NCBI GenBank assembly: GCA_963675515.1
Contig: OY776328.1
Location: forward strand, 1,800,001-1,832,000
Direction of reading: 5' to 3'
DNA from: Coprobacillaceae bacterium
GTDB taxonomy: Bacteria; Bacillota_I; Bacilli_A; Erysipelotrichales; Coprobacillaceae
DNA length: 32,000 nucleotides
Part shown: positions 9,396 through 17,767 of the stretch, piece by piece
Layout of the letters: each line of letters opens with the position of its first letter
Numbering within the stretch: position 1 is the stretch's first letter
Made by a program: the position numbers and the translations under genes
Notes under the pieces: generated by a model
Seen by the model: the letters and a program-made list of their open reading frames with translations, nothing else
Told to the model about the DNA's origin: nothing
Databases searched by the model: none

Positions 9396-9435
9396 AACAT
9401 TATAACATAGAAGTTAAAAAAAGAAATAAAAAATT
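9396..9435. repeat. Right copy of the 40-bp direct repeat (target-site duplication)
   Basis: Identical to 7331-7370. It carries a second copy of TGTTATAAT (9399-9407, - strand) pointing into the IS. Confidence 0.9.
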
Positions 9436-9527
9436 GTATTCAATTATTGATTTCAAGAAAGAACATTGCCATATTTAGGGATGTTTCCAAAATCGTTTCA
9501 AAATAAAGCGATATCATTCCGGATAAC

Positions 9528-9553
9528 AAAAAAATATGGGCAAAAGCCCATAT
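9528..9553 (-). terminator. Terminator of EIIB copy 1
   Basis: ATATGGGC-tttt-GCCCATAT followed by a T-run on the - strand. Confidence 0.8.
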
Positions 9554-9564
9554 TAATCAGTTCA

Positions 9565-9879
9565 TTAACCCATCAATTTCATCGCTGTTTCAAAAACAGA
9601 TTTACCATTCATTGTACCGTAGTCACGCATGTCGATTACTTCAACAGGAATAGGCCCTCCACTGCGTCCAGCAGCCAATTTTTCGATTGCAGCTTTTTGG
9701 AATCGTACTTGTGGGCCTAATAAGATAACATCAACTTCATCAATAACGCGAGGTGCGTCAGAAAAAGGCAATGCGAAAATTTTCACCTCTACCCCAGCTT
9801 CTTTCGCTGCAGCTTCCATTTTTGTAACAAGTAAGCTTGTAGACATACCTGCAGAACATACTAATAAGATACTTTTCAT
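9565..9879 (-). CDS. PTS EIIB component, lactose/cellobiose (Lac) family, copy 1
   Basis: 104 aa. The phospho-Cys loop MKSILLVCSAGMSTSLLV and LLGPQVRF are present. Confidence 0.85.
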   Translation of the reverse strand: MKSILLVCSAGMSTSLLVTKMEAAAKEAGVEVKIFALPFSDAPRVIDEVDVILLGPQVRFQKAAIEKLAAGRSGGPIPVEVIDMRDYGTMNGKSVFETAMKLMG

Positions 9880-9910
9880 TTGTTGTACACTCCTTTATGT
9901 TTATATACTC

Positions 9911-9939
9911 ATTATACTCCTAGACTGTCTAATTGTAAA
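9911..9939 (-). promoter_or_regulatory. SigA-type promoter of EIIB copy 1
   Basis: The - strand reads TTTACA-17 nt-TATAAT, followed by AAGGAG and ATG. Confidence 0.65.
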
Positions 9940-9949
9940 CACTGGAAAA

Positions 9950-9972
9950 CAAAAAAACAAGCCGAGGCTTGT
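9950..9972 (-). terminator. Terminator of EIIB copy 2
   Basis: ACAAGC-ctcg-GCTTGT followed by T8 on the - strand. Confidence 0.7.
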
Positions 9973-9980
9973 TTTAGGGA

Positions 9981-10295
9981 TTAACCCATCATTTTCATTG
10001 CAGATTCGAATACTGATTTTCCGTTCATTGTTCCATAATCGCGCATGTCGATTACAGCGATAGGAATTGATCCGCCAGAACGTCCAGCAACTAGTTTTTC
10101 AATTTGAGCTTTTTGGAATCTAACTTGTGGGCCTAATAATACGCAGTCAACATCATTGATTACATTTGGTGCTTCAGAAATAGGTAAAGCGAAGATTTTG
10201 ATTTCAATACCAGCGTCTTTCGCTGCAGCTTCCATTTTTGTTACAAGTAAGCTAGTAGACATACCAGCCGCACATACTAATAAGATACTTTTCAT
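9981..10295 (-). CDS. PTS EIIB component, lactose/cellobiose (Lac) family, copy 2
   Basis: 104 aa, roughly 80% identical to copy 1 by eye. The same Cys loop is present (LLVCAAGMSTSLLV). Confidence 0.85.
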   Translation of the reverse strand: MKSILLVCAAGMSTSLLVTKMEAAAKDAGIEIKIFALPISEAPNVINDVDCVLLGPQVRFQKAQIEKLVAGRSGGSIPIAVIDMRDYGTMNGKSVFESAMKMMG

Positions 10296-10326
10296 TTGTA
10301 ATACACTCCTTTTTTGTTTATAAAAA

Positions 10327-10355
10327 TATTATACCGGTTTCAAGAAAAAATGTAA
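10327..10355 (-). promoter_or_regulatory. SigA-type promoter of EIIB copy 2
   Basis: The - strand reads TTTACA-17 nt-TATAAT, followed by AAGGAG and ATG. It shares the AGTGTTTACA context with copy 1. Confidence 0.65.
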
Positions 10356-10580
10356 ACACTTTCCCGGCGAAAAAATATTCAGCGTTGCGCAGCAAGTAAA
10401 AGGACTAGCATGAATTTGATAATGTGTTTTAAAACCGCCAAAAAATTAACGTGATATTATCGTTGTTTTTGACCTGCCCGTTGCTCTTCAAATTGGACTA
10501 ACATCCAAAAACAGCGAGACTTGTAAAAAAACATTTTCAACTTATGAAATTTTCCACTGTAAACAACGGTCGTTTTGCGG

Positions 10581-11402
10581 CTATTTCACTTCATCAAATA
10601 TGAATTTTTCAATGACTTCTTTGATGGCATCATGATTGTGATCGGCTTTGGTGATGAATTGGCAGTCACCTTTCATTTTTTCTACCACATTGGCCACACC
10701 CACTCCAAGGCCGGCATCTTTGATCATTGCCAAGTCGTTAAGGTTGTCCCCTATTGCCATTGTCTGCTCAATATCGACTCCCAAAAGTTTGGCAAGGGTT
10801 TGCAAACCCGCCCCTTTGTTGACACCTTTGCGATTGAACTCGATATAACGGTTGCTTGAGTAGCTAACATCGGCCTCACCGGTGATGTCTGCAAGATCAT
10901 TTTCAATTTTGTTGAGGTAATTGATGTCACGGTTCATATAAAGAACTTTGGCAATGTCCTCATCCTTTAAAAAATCGATATTCTCATCCTGGATTTCCAC
11001 AAAATCCATCCGGCCTTTAAGATATGCAACTTCATCTTCACACATGTTATACACATAAACCGTATCTTTAGAATAGACATGGATACAAACATCGTAAGCC
11101 AATCCACGGTTAAACAGCTTTTGGGCAAATTCAAATGAAATTCCATTGAAACTCAACAGGCGATTGTTGTAGTTCTCGGTGATCGCCCCACCATTGAAAG
11201 ATATGACATATTCATCCTTTGCGTTGTCTAGCCCCAGCTCCTTAAGTGTTCCTTGTACTGTCTTGAATCCTCTACCGGTTGCTAGAACAAACTTGACGCC
11301 AAGATCCCGAGCTTTCTTGATGGCATCGACATTACCTTTAGAAACTAAGCGATCCGAAGACAGAAGCGTTTCATCAAGGTCGCAGGCAATAATTTTATAC
11401 AT
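10581..11402 (-). CDS. Cof-type HAD-IIB family hydrolase (sugar-phosphate phosphatase-like)
   Basis: Motif I is IACDLDETLL and motif IV is GDNLNDLAMI. GAGGAGGAAC lies upstream of ATG 11402 (MYKII), so the track start at 11426 is probably too long. Confidence 0.8.
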   Translation of the reverse strand: MYKIIACDLDETLLSSDRLVSKGNVDAIKKARDLGVKFVLATGRGFKTVQGTLKELGLDNAKDEYVISFNGGAITENYNNRLLSFNGISFEFAQKLFNRGLAYDVCIHVYSKDTVYVYNMCEDEVAYLKGRMDFVEIQDENIDFLKDEDIAKVLYMNRDINYLNKIENDLADITGEADVSYSSNRYIEFNRKGVNKGAGLQTLAKLLGVDIEQTMAIGDNLNDLAMIKDAGLGVGVANVVEKMKGDCQFITKADHNHDAIKEVIEKFIFDEVK

Positions 11403-11540
11403 AATCGTTCCTCCTCTTTTTTCCATTATAGCACGGCAGAATCAATTTCCTTTCGTTTTTCTAGTCTAGAAACAACAACAGATCCATCTCCACTTTTAAA
11501 TATTAAAATTTTACCTTATAATGACTTCAAGGAGAGATAT

Positions 11541-12095
11541 ATGAATAAAATCAAACTACTTGTTTGTGGCGACAGTCACGGAGACAATGAAATCTTGAAG
11601 CAGTTGGTGGACCGGTACCCGTACTTGGATCACTATATATTCTGCGGTGACAGCAATTTGGAAATGGGCGACCCGCTTTTGAAAAAATTCCATGCGGTCA
11701 AGGGCAATCACGACCTGGGTGACTTCCCTGAAAACCTTATAGTTCCTACTGAAAAAGGCAAAATCCTGGTAACTCACGGTCACCTGTGGGACGTCTACTA
11801 CAGCTATGAAGAGCTAAAAAAATACATGAGAGAAAACAACGTGATAATTTGTTTTCACGGCCATACCCATATCCCGAGCTACGTCGAAGAAGATGGCCTA
11901 GTATTCGTCAATCCGGGCAGCCTGATGATCAACCGGGCCGACTACGGTTTTGGCACATACGCCATTGTTGAATGGGGTGCAAAAATCGATGTGAGATTTT
12001 ACCACTTTAAAACACACTTAGATGTGACAGATATGGTCTTGATGGAAGGGAAAAAAACATTGAAAGAAATCAGGGATCTGTTATTTCGTGATTGA
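11541..12095 (+). CDS. YfcE/MJ0936-family metallophosphoesterase
   Basis: The motifs GDSHGD, GNHD, THGH and GHTH appear in the canonical order, and a GGAGAG RBS is present. Confidence 0.8.
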   Translation: MNKIKLLVCGDSHGDNEILKQLVDRYPYLDHYIFCGDSNLEMGDPLLKKFHAVKGNHDLGDFPENLIVPTEKGKILVTHGHLWDVYYSYEELKKYMRENNVIICFHGHTHIPSYVEEDGLVFVNPGSLMINRADYGFGTYAIVEWGAKIDVRFYHFKTHLDVTDMVLMEGKKTLKEIRDLLFRD

Positions 12096-12144
12096 GAAAC
12101 GAACCTTAAAAAAGCGAAGTCACGAGTGTTCTCGACCAGTCAAT

Positions 12145-12196
12145 AAAAAAGCAGATAGCGAAAAGGATTATCCTACCTTGACGTATCTGCTTTTAT
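12145..12196. terminator. Bidirectional terminator between the phosphoesterase and XRE genes
   Basis: The outer stem AGCAGATA...TATCTGCT encloses an inner AGGAT/ATCCT stem. It is flanked by an A-run on the left and a T-run on the right. The loop is long, so strength is uncertain. Confidence 0.45.
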
Positions 12197-12208
12197 CAAA
12201 CAAAAAAA

Positions 12209-12559
12209 CTATTTTTTTTGACCTTGTTCGCTAATTCTTTCTTCGTTGCGTTTGCGCTTGTATTCAATAAGAAACATGACTTCCTTCAAATCATCATCGG
12301 GGAGTTCTGTCAACAAACGAGCTATATTAGCAATATTATAATAGTCATATTTTTTTCCACTCATGATTTCCTCAACCGAACGACCGTACAAATTCGAGAA
12401 AACCTTCAACTCACCAACGGTGATATCACGTTTTCCATTTTCAATATCGGAAATTGCCGAGTGGGGAACATTCAAATGTTTAGCAACATCTTTTTGCGTA
12501 AAGTGTTTAAAATTACGATATGACTTAAGACGTTTAGCTAATTCCATATCAATTGCCAT
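12209..12559 (-). CDS. XRE-family helix-turn-helix transcriptional regulator
   Basis: HTH motif FTQKDVAKHLNVPHSAISDIENGKRD. GGAGGAATCGAA precedes ATG 12559. The ATG at 12607 lies inside the predicted -35. Confidence 0.75.
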   Translation of the reverse strand: MAIDMELAKRLKSYRNFKHFTQKDVAKHLNVPHSAISDIENGKRDITVGELKVFSNLYGRSVEEIMSGKKYDYYNIANIARLLTELPDDDLKEVMFLIEYKRKRNEERISEQGQKK

Positions 12560-12578
12560 TTCGATTCCTCCTAACACA

Positions 12579-12607
12579 ATTTTAGCAAATATAGATAACG
12601 CTTGCAA
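12579..12607 (-). promoter_or_regulatory. Own promoter of the XRE gene
   Basis: The - strand reads TTGCAA-17 nt-TAAAAT in the 57-bp gap after the U32 stop codon. Confidence 0.55.
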
Positions 12608-12616
12608 GAAAAATAA

Positions 12617-14938
12617 TCAGTCATTATAGTACAATTTTACGTATTTTCTAAAATCAAAATCTATTTTAGTGCCGTTTTTTAGTAGATTAAGATAATAGGT
12701 TACTATTTCCTCGATTTCGGCTTCATTTTCATCAGTGATACTTATTACAATGTGATCCACATTAAGATTTTTGATATCATTAATCATCGTCGGCTTGTTG
12801 TGATAGATGATGTTATCGCACAAATCGTTTGTCTTGACCGGAAAAAATTCGCCAAGGCGGTCTTTCAAAAAGAAAGCACCATCCTTGCACTTGTTGCAAC
12901 CTTCAACTTTACGGCCAAAATAATGCTGGGAAATGACGCAATGTCTGGTGACCATGTTTATGGCACGACCATATACCTGGAAATACAGTTCACTTTCGGT
13001 CTTGATCCGGTTGATCTGTTTGGCGGATATTTCACTTGAAAGGTTTACCGGTCTTCCTGCAAAAAAGCTGACACTGTGGCTGTTGACGATATTGAAGTTG
13101 CTATCGACAATGGTTTCCTTGTCTTCGAATAGTGACAATCCTCGATAGTCACCGATAAAAACTTTGTTGATCCCGCTGTAATAAGGATGTTTCTTAATTC
13201 GTGCGACAGTTTCTTCCTGGTAGCGATATGTCGTTGCCAAAGAAAGGTTGATATCCTTGTCAGCCAAATAATCGAAGACATCCAACGTCGTCTTGTCGAC
13301 AGGATAGCAGATGTTCTTTGTATGTTTTAGCGCAACTTTTAGCTGGCTTAAATCCGTCACTTTCACAATGATGTCCTTGATGGAATGCTCGCAAGAAGAC
13401 AGTTCAGGTTTGATTATGGATATTGCTTGCCGGTTTTGCAGCAATTTTTGTTCCACTTGTGCCACAGCATCGCGACGCAGCTGATTTAGAATCTTCAGTG
13501 GGAAATATACCGAATCGTCCATATCAATGACAATATCCTCCAGAAAAAACTGGGTGTCATTCATTTTTGAGAGCTGTTTTATGACATCTTCATGGGTAAT
13601 CGAACGCTTCAGGGCTTTTTGTATGATATCATCAAAGAAAACTTCGCCACTGGTGTTTTCAAATCGATATTCCAAAACCGGATAATCGTTTAATGCGGCC
13701 TTGAACCGGAATTGGATGCCTTTTTTTACCGTTTCTTTCTGATATGACTTGTTTGCCCGGTCAATCAGCTTTGTGTCATATATCTTGTTGACAGAAGTGT
13801 TTGCAGGAATAAGGCTGTCCATTTCAATTTCCACAATGTCACCCGCATTTGCCTGGTTCACCAGCAAATCGTTCAAAAACAGCTTTGTTATGGTCCTTTT
13901 CAATGAAACATCTTTGAAAAGGATCCGGTCGTTTTGATTAAGCGTCCCATTCAGCCGGATTGCCGCTTTTTTGGTCCTGTTATTGTATCCAACAACTTTA
14001 CCTATCTCAACTCCCTGATGGCCAGGAAAGTCCAAAGCCATATTGTTGGAATCATTGAAAAGATAGCCTTTTGTAAATCCCCTATTGAACATTTTTTTCA
14101 TGTCGGCTATATCGCCCTCTAGATCCACAGTCTCTTCTTGCAGATGGCTGTCGATTGCCTTGCGATAGGCCCTGACAATGACTGCCACGTATTCGGGTCT
14201 TTTCATCCGCCCTTCAATCTTGAACGATTTGACATTGGCATCGATCAGTTCACCAATGTTTTCAATCGTGCAAAGATCTTTGGTAGAAAGCAAATAACTG
14301 ATTGGTTCGATTACTTGATTTTCCTTGATCAGCTCGTATTCCAGCCTGCACGGCTGGCCGCAGCTTCCTCTGTTGCCTGATCTTTTGGCAATATTCGATG
14401 ACATGAGACACTGACCCGAATAGCTGACACAGATAGCTCCATGGACAAACACTTCGAGATCGACTTTTGTGTTTTTGGCGATGTATGAAATCTCTTCGAT
14501 TGAATTCTCGCGCGCCAACACCACCCGATCCACGTTGCATGATTCAAAAAATCGGACCGACTCCAAATTATTCAACGACATCTGCGTGGAAATGTGGATT
14601 TCCATCCCCGGAATCTGATCCTTGATAATAGAAAAAAGACCAATATCCTGAATTATTACCGCATCGCAGCTTGCTGCGTAAAGAAATTCTACATAGCGCA
14701 ACAGCTCATCGATTTCATTGTCGTAATATATCGTGTTTATCGCCACATAAAGCTTCGCAAAGTGGCGATGGGCATATTCTATGGCTTCAACAATTTCCCG
14801 GTCGTCGAAATTCGCCGCAAAGGCGCGGGCTGAAAATCTTGATCCTCCGATATAAACGGCATCAGCTCCATTCTGGATGGCAGCGACAAGCGCCTCAAAA
14901 CTTCCAGCTGGAGCCAATAATTCAATATTATTCATCAC
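12617..14938 (-). CDS. Long U32-family peptidase-like protein (RlhA/TrhP-related; C-terminal extension)
   Basis: N-terminal ELLAPAGSFEALVAAIQNGADAVYIGG and the U32 signature EVFVHGAICVSYSGQC are present. At 773 aa it is about twice a minimal U32. Confidence 0.8.
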   Translation of the reverse strand: MMNNIELLAPAGSFEALVAAIQNGADAVYIGGSRFSARAFAANFDDREIVEAIEYAHRHFAKLYVAINTIYYDNEIDELLRYVEFLYAASCDAVIIQDIGLFSIIKDQIPGMEIHISTQMSLNNLESVRFFESCNVDRVVLARENSIEEISYIAKNTKVDLEVFVHGAICVSYSGQCLMSSNIAKRSGNRGSCGQPCRLEYELIKENQVIEPISYLLSTKDLCTIENIGELIDANVKSFKIEGRMKRPEYVAVIVRAYRKAIDSHLQEETVDLEGDIADMKKMFNRGFTKGYLFNDSNNMALDFPGHQGVEIGKVVGYNNRTKKAAIRLNGTLNQNDRILFKDVSLKRTITKLFLNDLLVNQANAGDIVEIEMDSLIPANTSVNKIYDTKLIDRANKSYQKETVKKGIQFRFKAALNDYPVLEYRFENTSGEVFFDDIIQKALKRSITHEDVIKQLSKMNDTQFFLEDIVIDMDDSVYFPLKILNQLRRDAVAQVEQKLLQNRQAISIIKPELSSCEHSIKDIIVKVTDLSQLKVALKHTKNICYPVDKTTLDVFDYLADKDINLSLATTYRYQEETVARIKKHPYYSGINKVFIGDYRGLSLFEDKETIVDSNFNIVNSHSVSFFAGRPVNLSSEISAKQINRIKTESELYFQVYGRAINMVTRHCVISQHYFGRKVEGCNKCKDGAFFLKDRLGEFFPVKTNDLCDNIIYHNKPTMINDIKNLNVDHIVISITDENEAEIEEIVTYYLNLLKNGTKIDFDFRKYVKLYYND

Positions 14939-15617
14939 AGATCAGCCCTACGCAAATATCTGCGGAAATTTTTGCTGCCTTATGAAGGTATTCATCAAAT
15001 TGCAAAGAGTTTTCGCCCGATCCAAAAATATCGGACAAGCAACGCGTCACGATAAAAGGAGTTTTTGTCTTATGACAAATCTGGCCAATGGCGCTTGCTT
15101 CCATGTCACCGGCCAAGGGATTTTCGAAATGTTTTTTGACATAATCCACTTGTTCCTGTCTGGAGATGAACTGATCCCCGCTGACAATAAGACCAAGATG
15201 GTAAGGCACATTTTCATTATCCAATATTGCAACTGTCTTGGCGACCAGATTAGAATCGGCGCAAAAAACTGATGGCATATCCGGAATCTCGCCGATTGGA
15301 CGTCCAAATGCAGTCAGATCAAAATCATGATTGGCAACTCCAGAAGAAACAACGACATCACCTTGTTTTTCTTCGAGATTCAAGCCGCCGGCAGTCCCGA
15401 TGTTGATCACATATTCGATATCGAAATTGTCGATCAGAATCGCAGTCGAAAAACTGGCATTGACTTTGCCAATCCCGCTTTGACACACCACAACATCTTT
15501 CCCACTAATTTTTCCCAACGTGAAATTGATGTCATACATAATTTCAGTCTTTTTTGAATCCAGCTGGGCGATAACCGCAGCTACCTCTTCATCCATGGCT
15601 CCGATAATTCCAATCAT
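14928..15617 (-). CDS. mtnN: 5'-methylthioadenosine/S-adenosylhomocysteine nucleosidase
   Basis: MIGIIGAMDEEV and GIGKVNA are present, and the length is 229 aa. Confidence 0.85.
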   Translation of the reverse strand: MIGIIGAMDEEVAAVIAQLDSKKTEIMYDINFTLGKISGKDVVVCQSGIGKVNASFSTAILIDNFDIEYVINIGTAGGLNLEEKQGDVVVSSGVANHDFDLTAFGRPIGEIPDMPSVFCADSNLVAKTVAILDNENVPYHLGLIVSGDQFISRQEQVDYVKKHFENPLAGDMEASAIGQICHKTKTPFIVTRCLSDIFGSGENSLQFDEYLHKAAKISADICVGLICDE

Positions 15618-16333
15618 AATCTAGCTCCCTTTTTTGCAACAAAAACGATCCGCTGACACTCTAACTGATAATCTTGAAAATCACTGTACAGTTCGATATC
15701 CTTGAAGCCAGCCTTTTCCAACAATTCCTGATAGACATCAACCGGAAAAGTCCTTTGGATGTGGTGCTCATTCACCAGTTCACCGGTCTCTTTGTTCAAT
15801 ATTTTGACAAAATGCTCGACCAGGCCATCACCAAGATACTTGGTGTCCCAGTTGAAATCAAACTCGTCATCGCTTTGAGCTTCGTGGTAATCGTTAATGA
15901 CTTTTTCAACCTTGTACATGGAATTGACATCGAAGATGAATGTACCATCATCCTTCAAAGAATTATTGACGTTTTGAAAAACCTGGAAAACTTCATCCCT
16001 TTCCAGAATATAATTCAAAGAATCACACAGACACGTAACAAGATCAACCTGAAAACCGACTTCGAAGTCGCGCATGTCGATCTTTCTCAACATCAAATCG
16101 ACATTGGCTTCCATCGCTTTAAGCCGCGTCACCTCAAGCATTTCATCTGAAAGGTCTGTGGCATAGACTTCTTTTTTAGCCCGGGCCATCTTGATCGCCA
16201 TCGAACCGGTACCACACCCAAGTTCAAGTACCGCCTGGAACTTGGCATGGTTGTTGATGAACCGATAATAGTCGTTGTAAAACTTATTATCCATCAGACT
16301 GTCATAATAAAATGCGAAATTTTCATATGACAT
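15614..16333 (-). CDS. Class I SAM-dependent methyltransferase (YqeM-like position)
   Basis: Motif I VLELGCGTG is present. It follows rsfS, as yqeM does in B. subtilis. Confidence 0.75.
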   Translation of the reverse strand: MSYENFAFYYDSLMDNKFYNDYYRFINNHAKFQAVLELGCGTGSMAIKMARAKKEVYATDLSDEMLEVTRLKAMEANVDLMLRKIDMRDFEVGFQVDLVTCLCDSLNYILERDEVFQVFQNVNNSLKDDGTFIFDVNSMYKVEKVINDYHEAQSDDEFDFNWDTKYLGDGLVEHFVKILNKETGELVNEHHIQRTFPVDVYQELLEKAGFKDIELYSDFQDYQLECQRIVFVAKKGARL

Positions 16334-16677
16334 TAGTCAAGCATCTCCTCAACGTCCAACCGTGGCATGTCAGCCCACAATTTTTCGATATTGTAAAGCT
16401 CGCGCTCATCCTTGTCAAACACATGAACAACGATGTCACCAAAGTCAATCAGGATCCATTTGCTGTTCTTTTTGCCTTCTTTTCTTTTGACAAAGTATCC
16501 GTGTTCCGCAGCTTTTTGTTCAACATTGTCAACCAAAGCATTCATCATCGGTTCATTGTTGGCTGAACACAATACAAAAGTATCATAGATCGCGCTGATA
16601 TCACGCATATCAATGACAGCTATATCGCTTCCTAGTTTCTCATCTAAAGCTTTGACGATTATTTCTAATTTATCCAT
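16333..16677 (-). CDS. rsfS: Ribosome silencing factor
   Basis: 114 aa. WILIDFGDIVVHVF and YNIEKLW are typical of RsfS/YqeL. Confidence 0.85.
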   Translation of the reverse strand: MDKLEIIVKALDEKLGSDIAVIDMRDISAIYDTFVLCSANNEPMMNALVDNVEQKAAEHGYFVKRKEGKKNSKWILIDFGDIVVHVFDKDERELYNIEKLWADMPRLDVEEMLD

Positions 16678-17767
16678 TTAATTCTCCTACGTATTTATTG
16701 TAAACATCATAAAAACAATTATCTATTTTCCGGTTTTTCTTTTTTGAAAAAGCGTAAAAATCTTTTAAGCATTCAACAAAGGCGACGTCGATGTCCTTTT
16801 TGGCCAGTTCAATTTGAGCGCTGGTGTCATAATCCCGCATAGGATCAAGTTTGTCCGCCACATACACGAGCTTGTCGAGTTTGGACATTTTCGTTGTTGC
16901 GGTCGTATGGTTCTCAATCGCCTGAAGAACTTCCTTGTCTTCGACCAGGAACTGCTTTCTTGCCATATACGCCCCGGTGTACTGATGCCAGACTTCATGA
17001 GGCAGACTCATGAAGTCACTGTAATGTTTTTTCATTATCTTCAATTCTTTTTTGGACTCTAGCTCCTTGGTAATATCATGCAATATCGAAGCAATGTACG
17101 CCTTTTTATGGTCAATGTTGTTCGCCTTGGCCAGCTCCACCGCAAGTTTGGCAACCGAAAGGCTGTGCTGGTATCTGCGAAGCGACATAAGAGGCTTAAT
17201 CATCGTATTTAGATATATCCCTTCTTGAGATATGTATCTGAGTACCTTTTTACTGAGGTATTCCAGATGCCCGGCCCGGACATCGCTGCTCGAGATGCTG
17301 GTAGGTTCCATATCAAGCAAGGTGAAATTGTACTTGTCGATATTCTCATTGTATTCGTATCCCAATCGCAAGAAACAGACCAGATTTACTTGCTCGGCTA
17401 TCTTTTCGGCCTGGTACCATTTATGGAAAAGGCTTGCCTGGTCCATGCCCATGATAAGGTGGAATTCACTTTCAGGGTACTTTACTTTAAGAAGTTTGAT
17501 TGTATCGACAGTATAGTCAACCTTATCCATGTCGCTGTCTATTTCGATTGTCTCGAGTATCGCCTTTTCGACTTTTCGCAACGCCATTTCAATCATCGAT
17601 TTTCGTTGTTCATTAGATGCATACGACTTCGATTTCCAAGGGTTGTTTTTGGTCGGGACAACCAGCAGCAAATCAAGATCGAGCTGCCTGATTGAATGTT
17701 CAATCACATCGATATGGCTTTTATGGATCGGATCAAAACTGCCCCCGAAGATCCCAATCTTCATCAT
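16670..17767 (-). CDS. nadD: Fused nicotinate-nucleotide adenylyltransferase (NadD) and YqeK HD-domain phosphohydrolase
   Basis: The N-terminal half has GIFGGSFDPIHKSH and SISSSDVR. The C-terminal half has RYQHSLSVAKLA and ILHDITKE (HD). It is one uninterrupted 365-aa ORF. Confidence 0.8.
   Translation of the reverse strand: MMKIGIFGGSFDPIHKSHIDVIEHSIRQLDLDLLLVVPTKNNPWKSKSYASNEQRKSMIEMALRKVEKAILETIEIDSDMDKVDYTVDTIKLLKVKYPESEFHLIMGMDQASLFHKWYQAEKIAEQVNLVCFLRLGYEYNENIDKYNFTLLDMEPTSISSSDVRAGHLEYLSKKVLRYISQEGIYLNTMIKPLMSLRRYQHSLSVAKLAVELAKANNIDHKKAYIASILHDITKELESKKELKIMKKHYSDFMSLPHEVWHQYTGAYMARKQFLVEDKEVLQAIENHTTATTKMSKLDKLVYVADKLDPMRDYDTSAQIELAKKDIDVAFVECLKDFYAFSKKKNRKIDNCFYDVYNKYVGELNG

Noticed and set aside
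9484-9512. ATGTTTCCAAAATCGTTTCAAAA, which has a GTTTC direct repeat and a superficial resemblance to a CcpA cre site.
   Set aside because: It does not fit the TGWAANCGNTNWCA register (one nucleotide short around the central CG). It is a single occurrence, and AT-rich intergenic DNA yields such partial matches by chance.
9565-10295. The possibility that the ~416-bp tandem periodicity represents a repeat array or CRISPR-like structure.
   Set aside because: There are only two units. Each is a full protein-coding gene with about 20% divergence, and there are no short conserved repeats separated by unique spacers.
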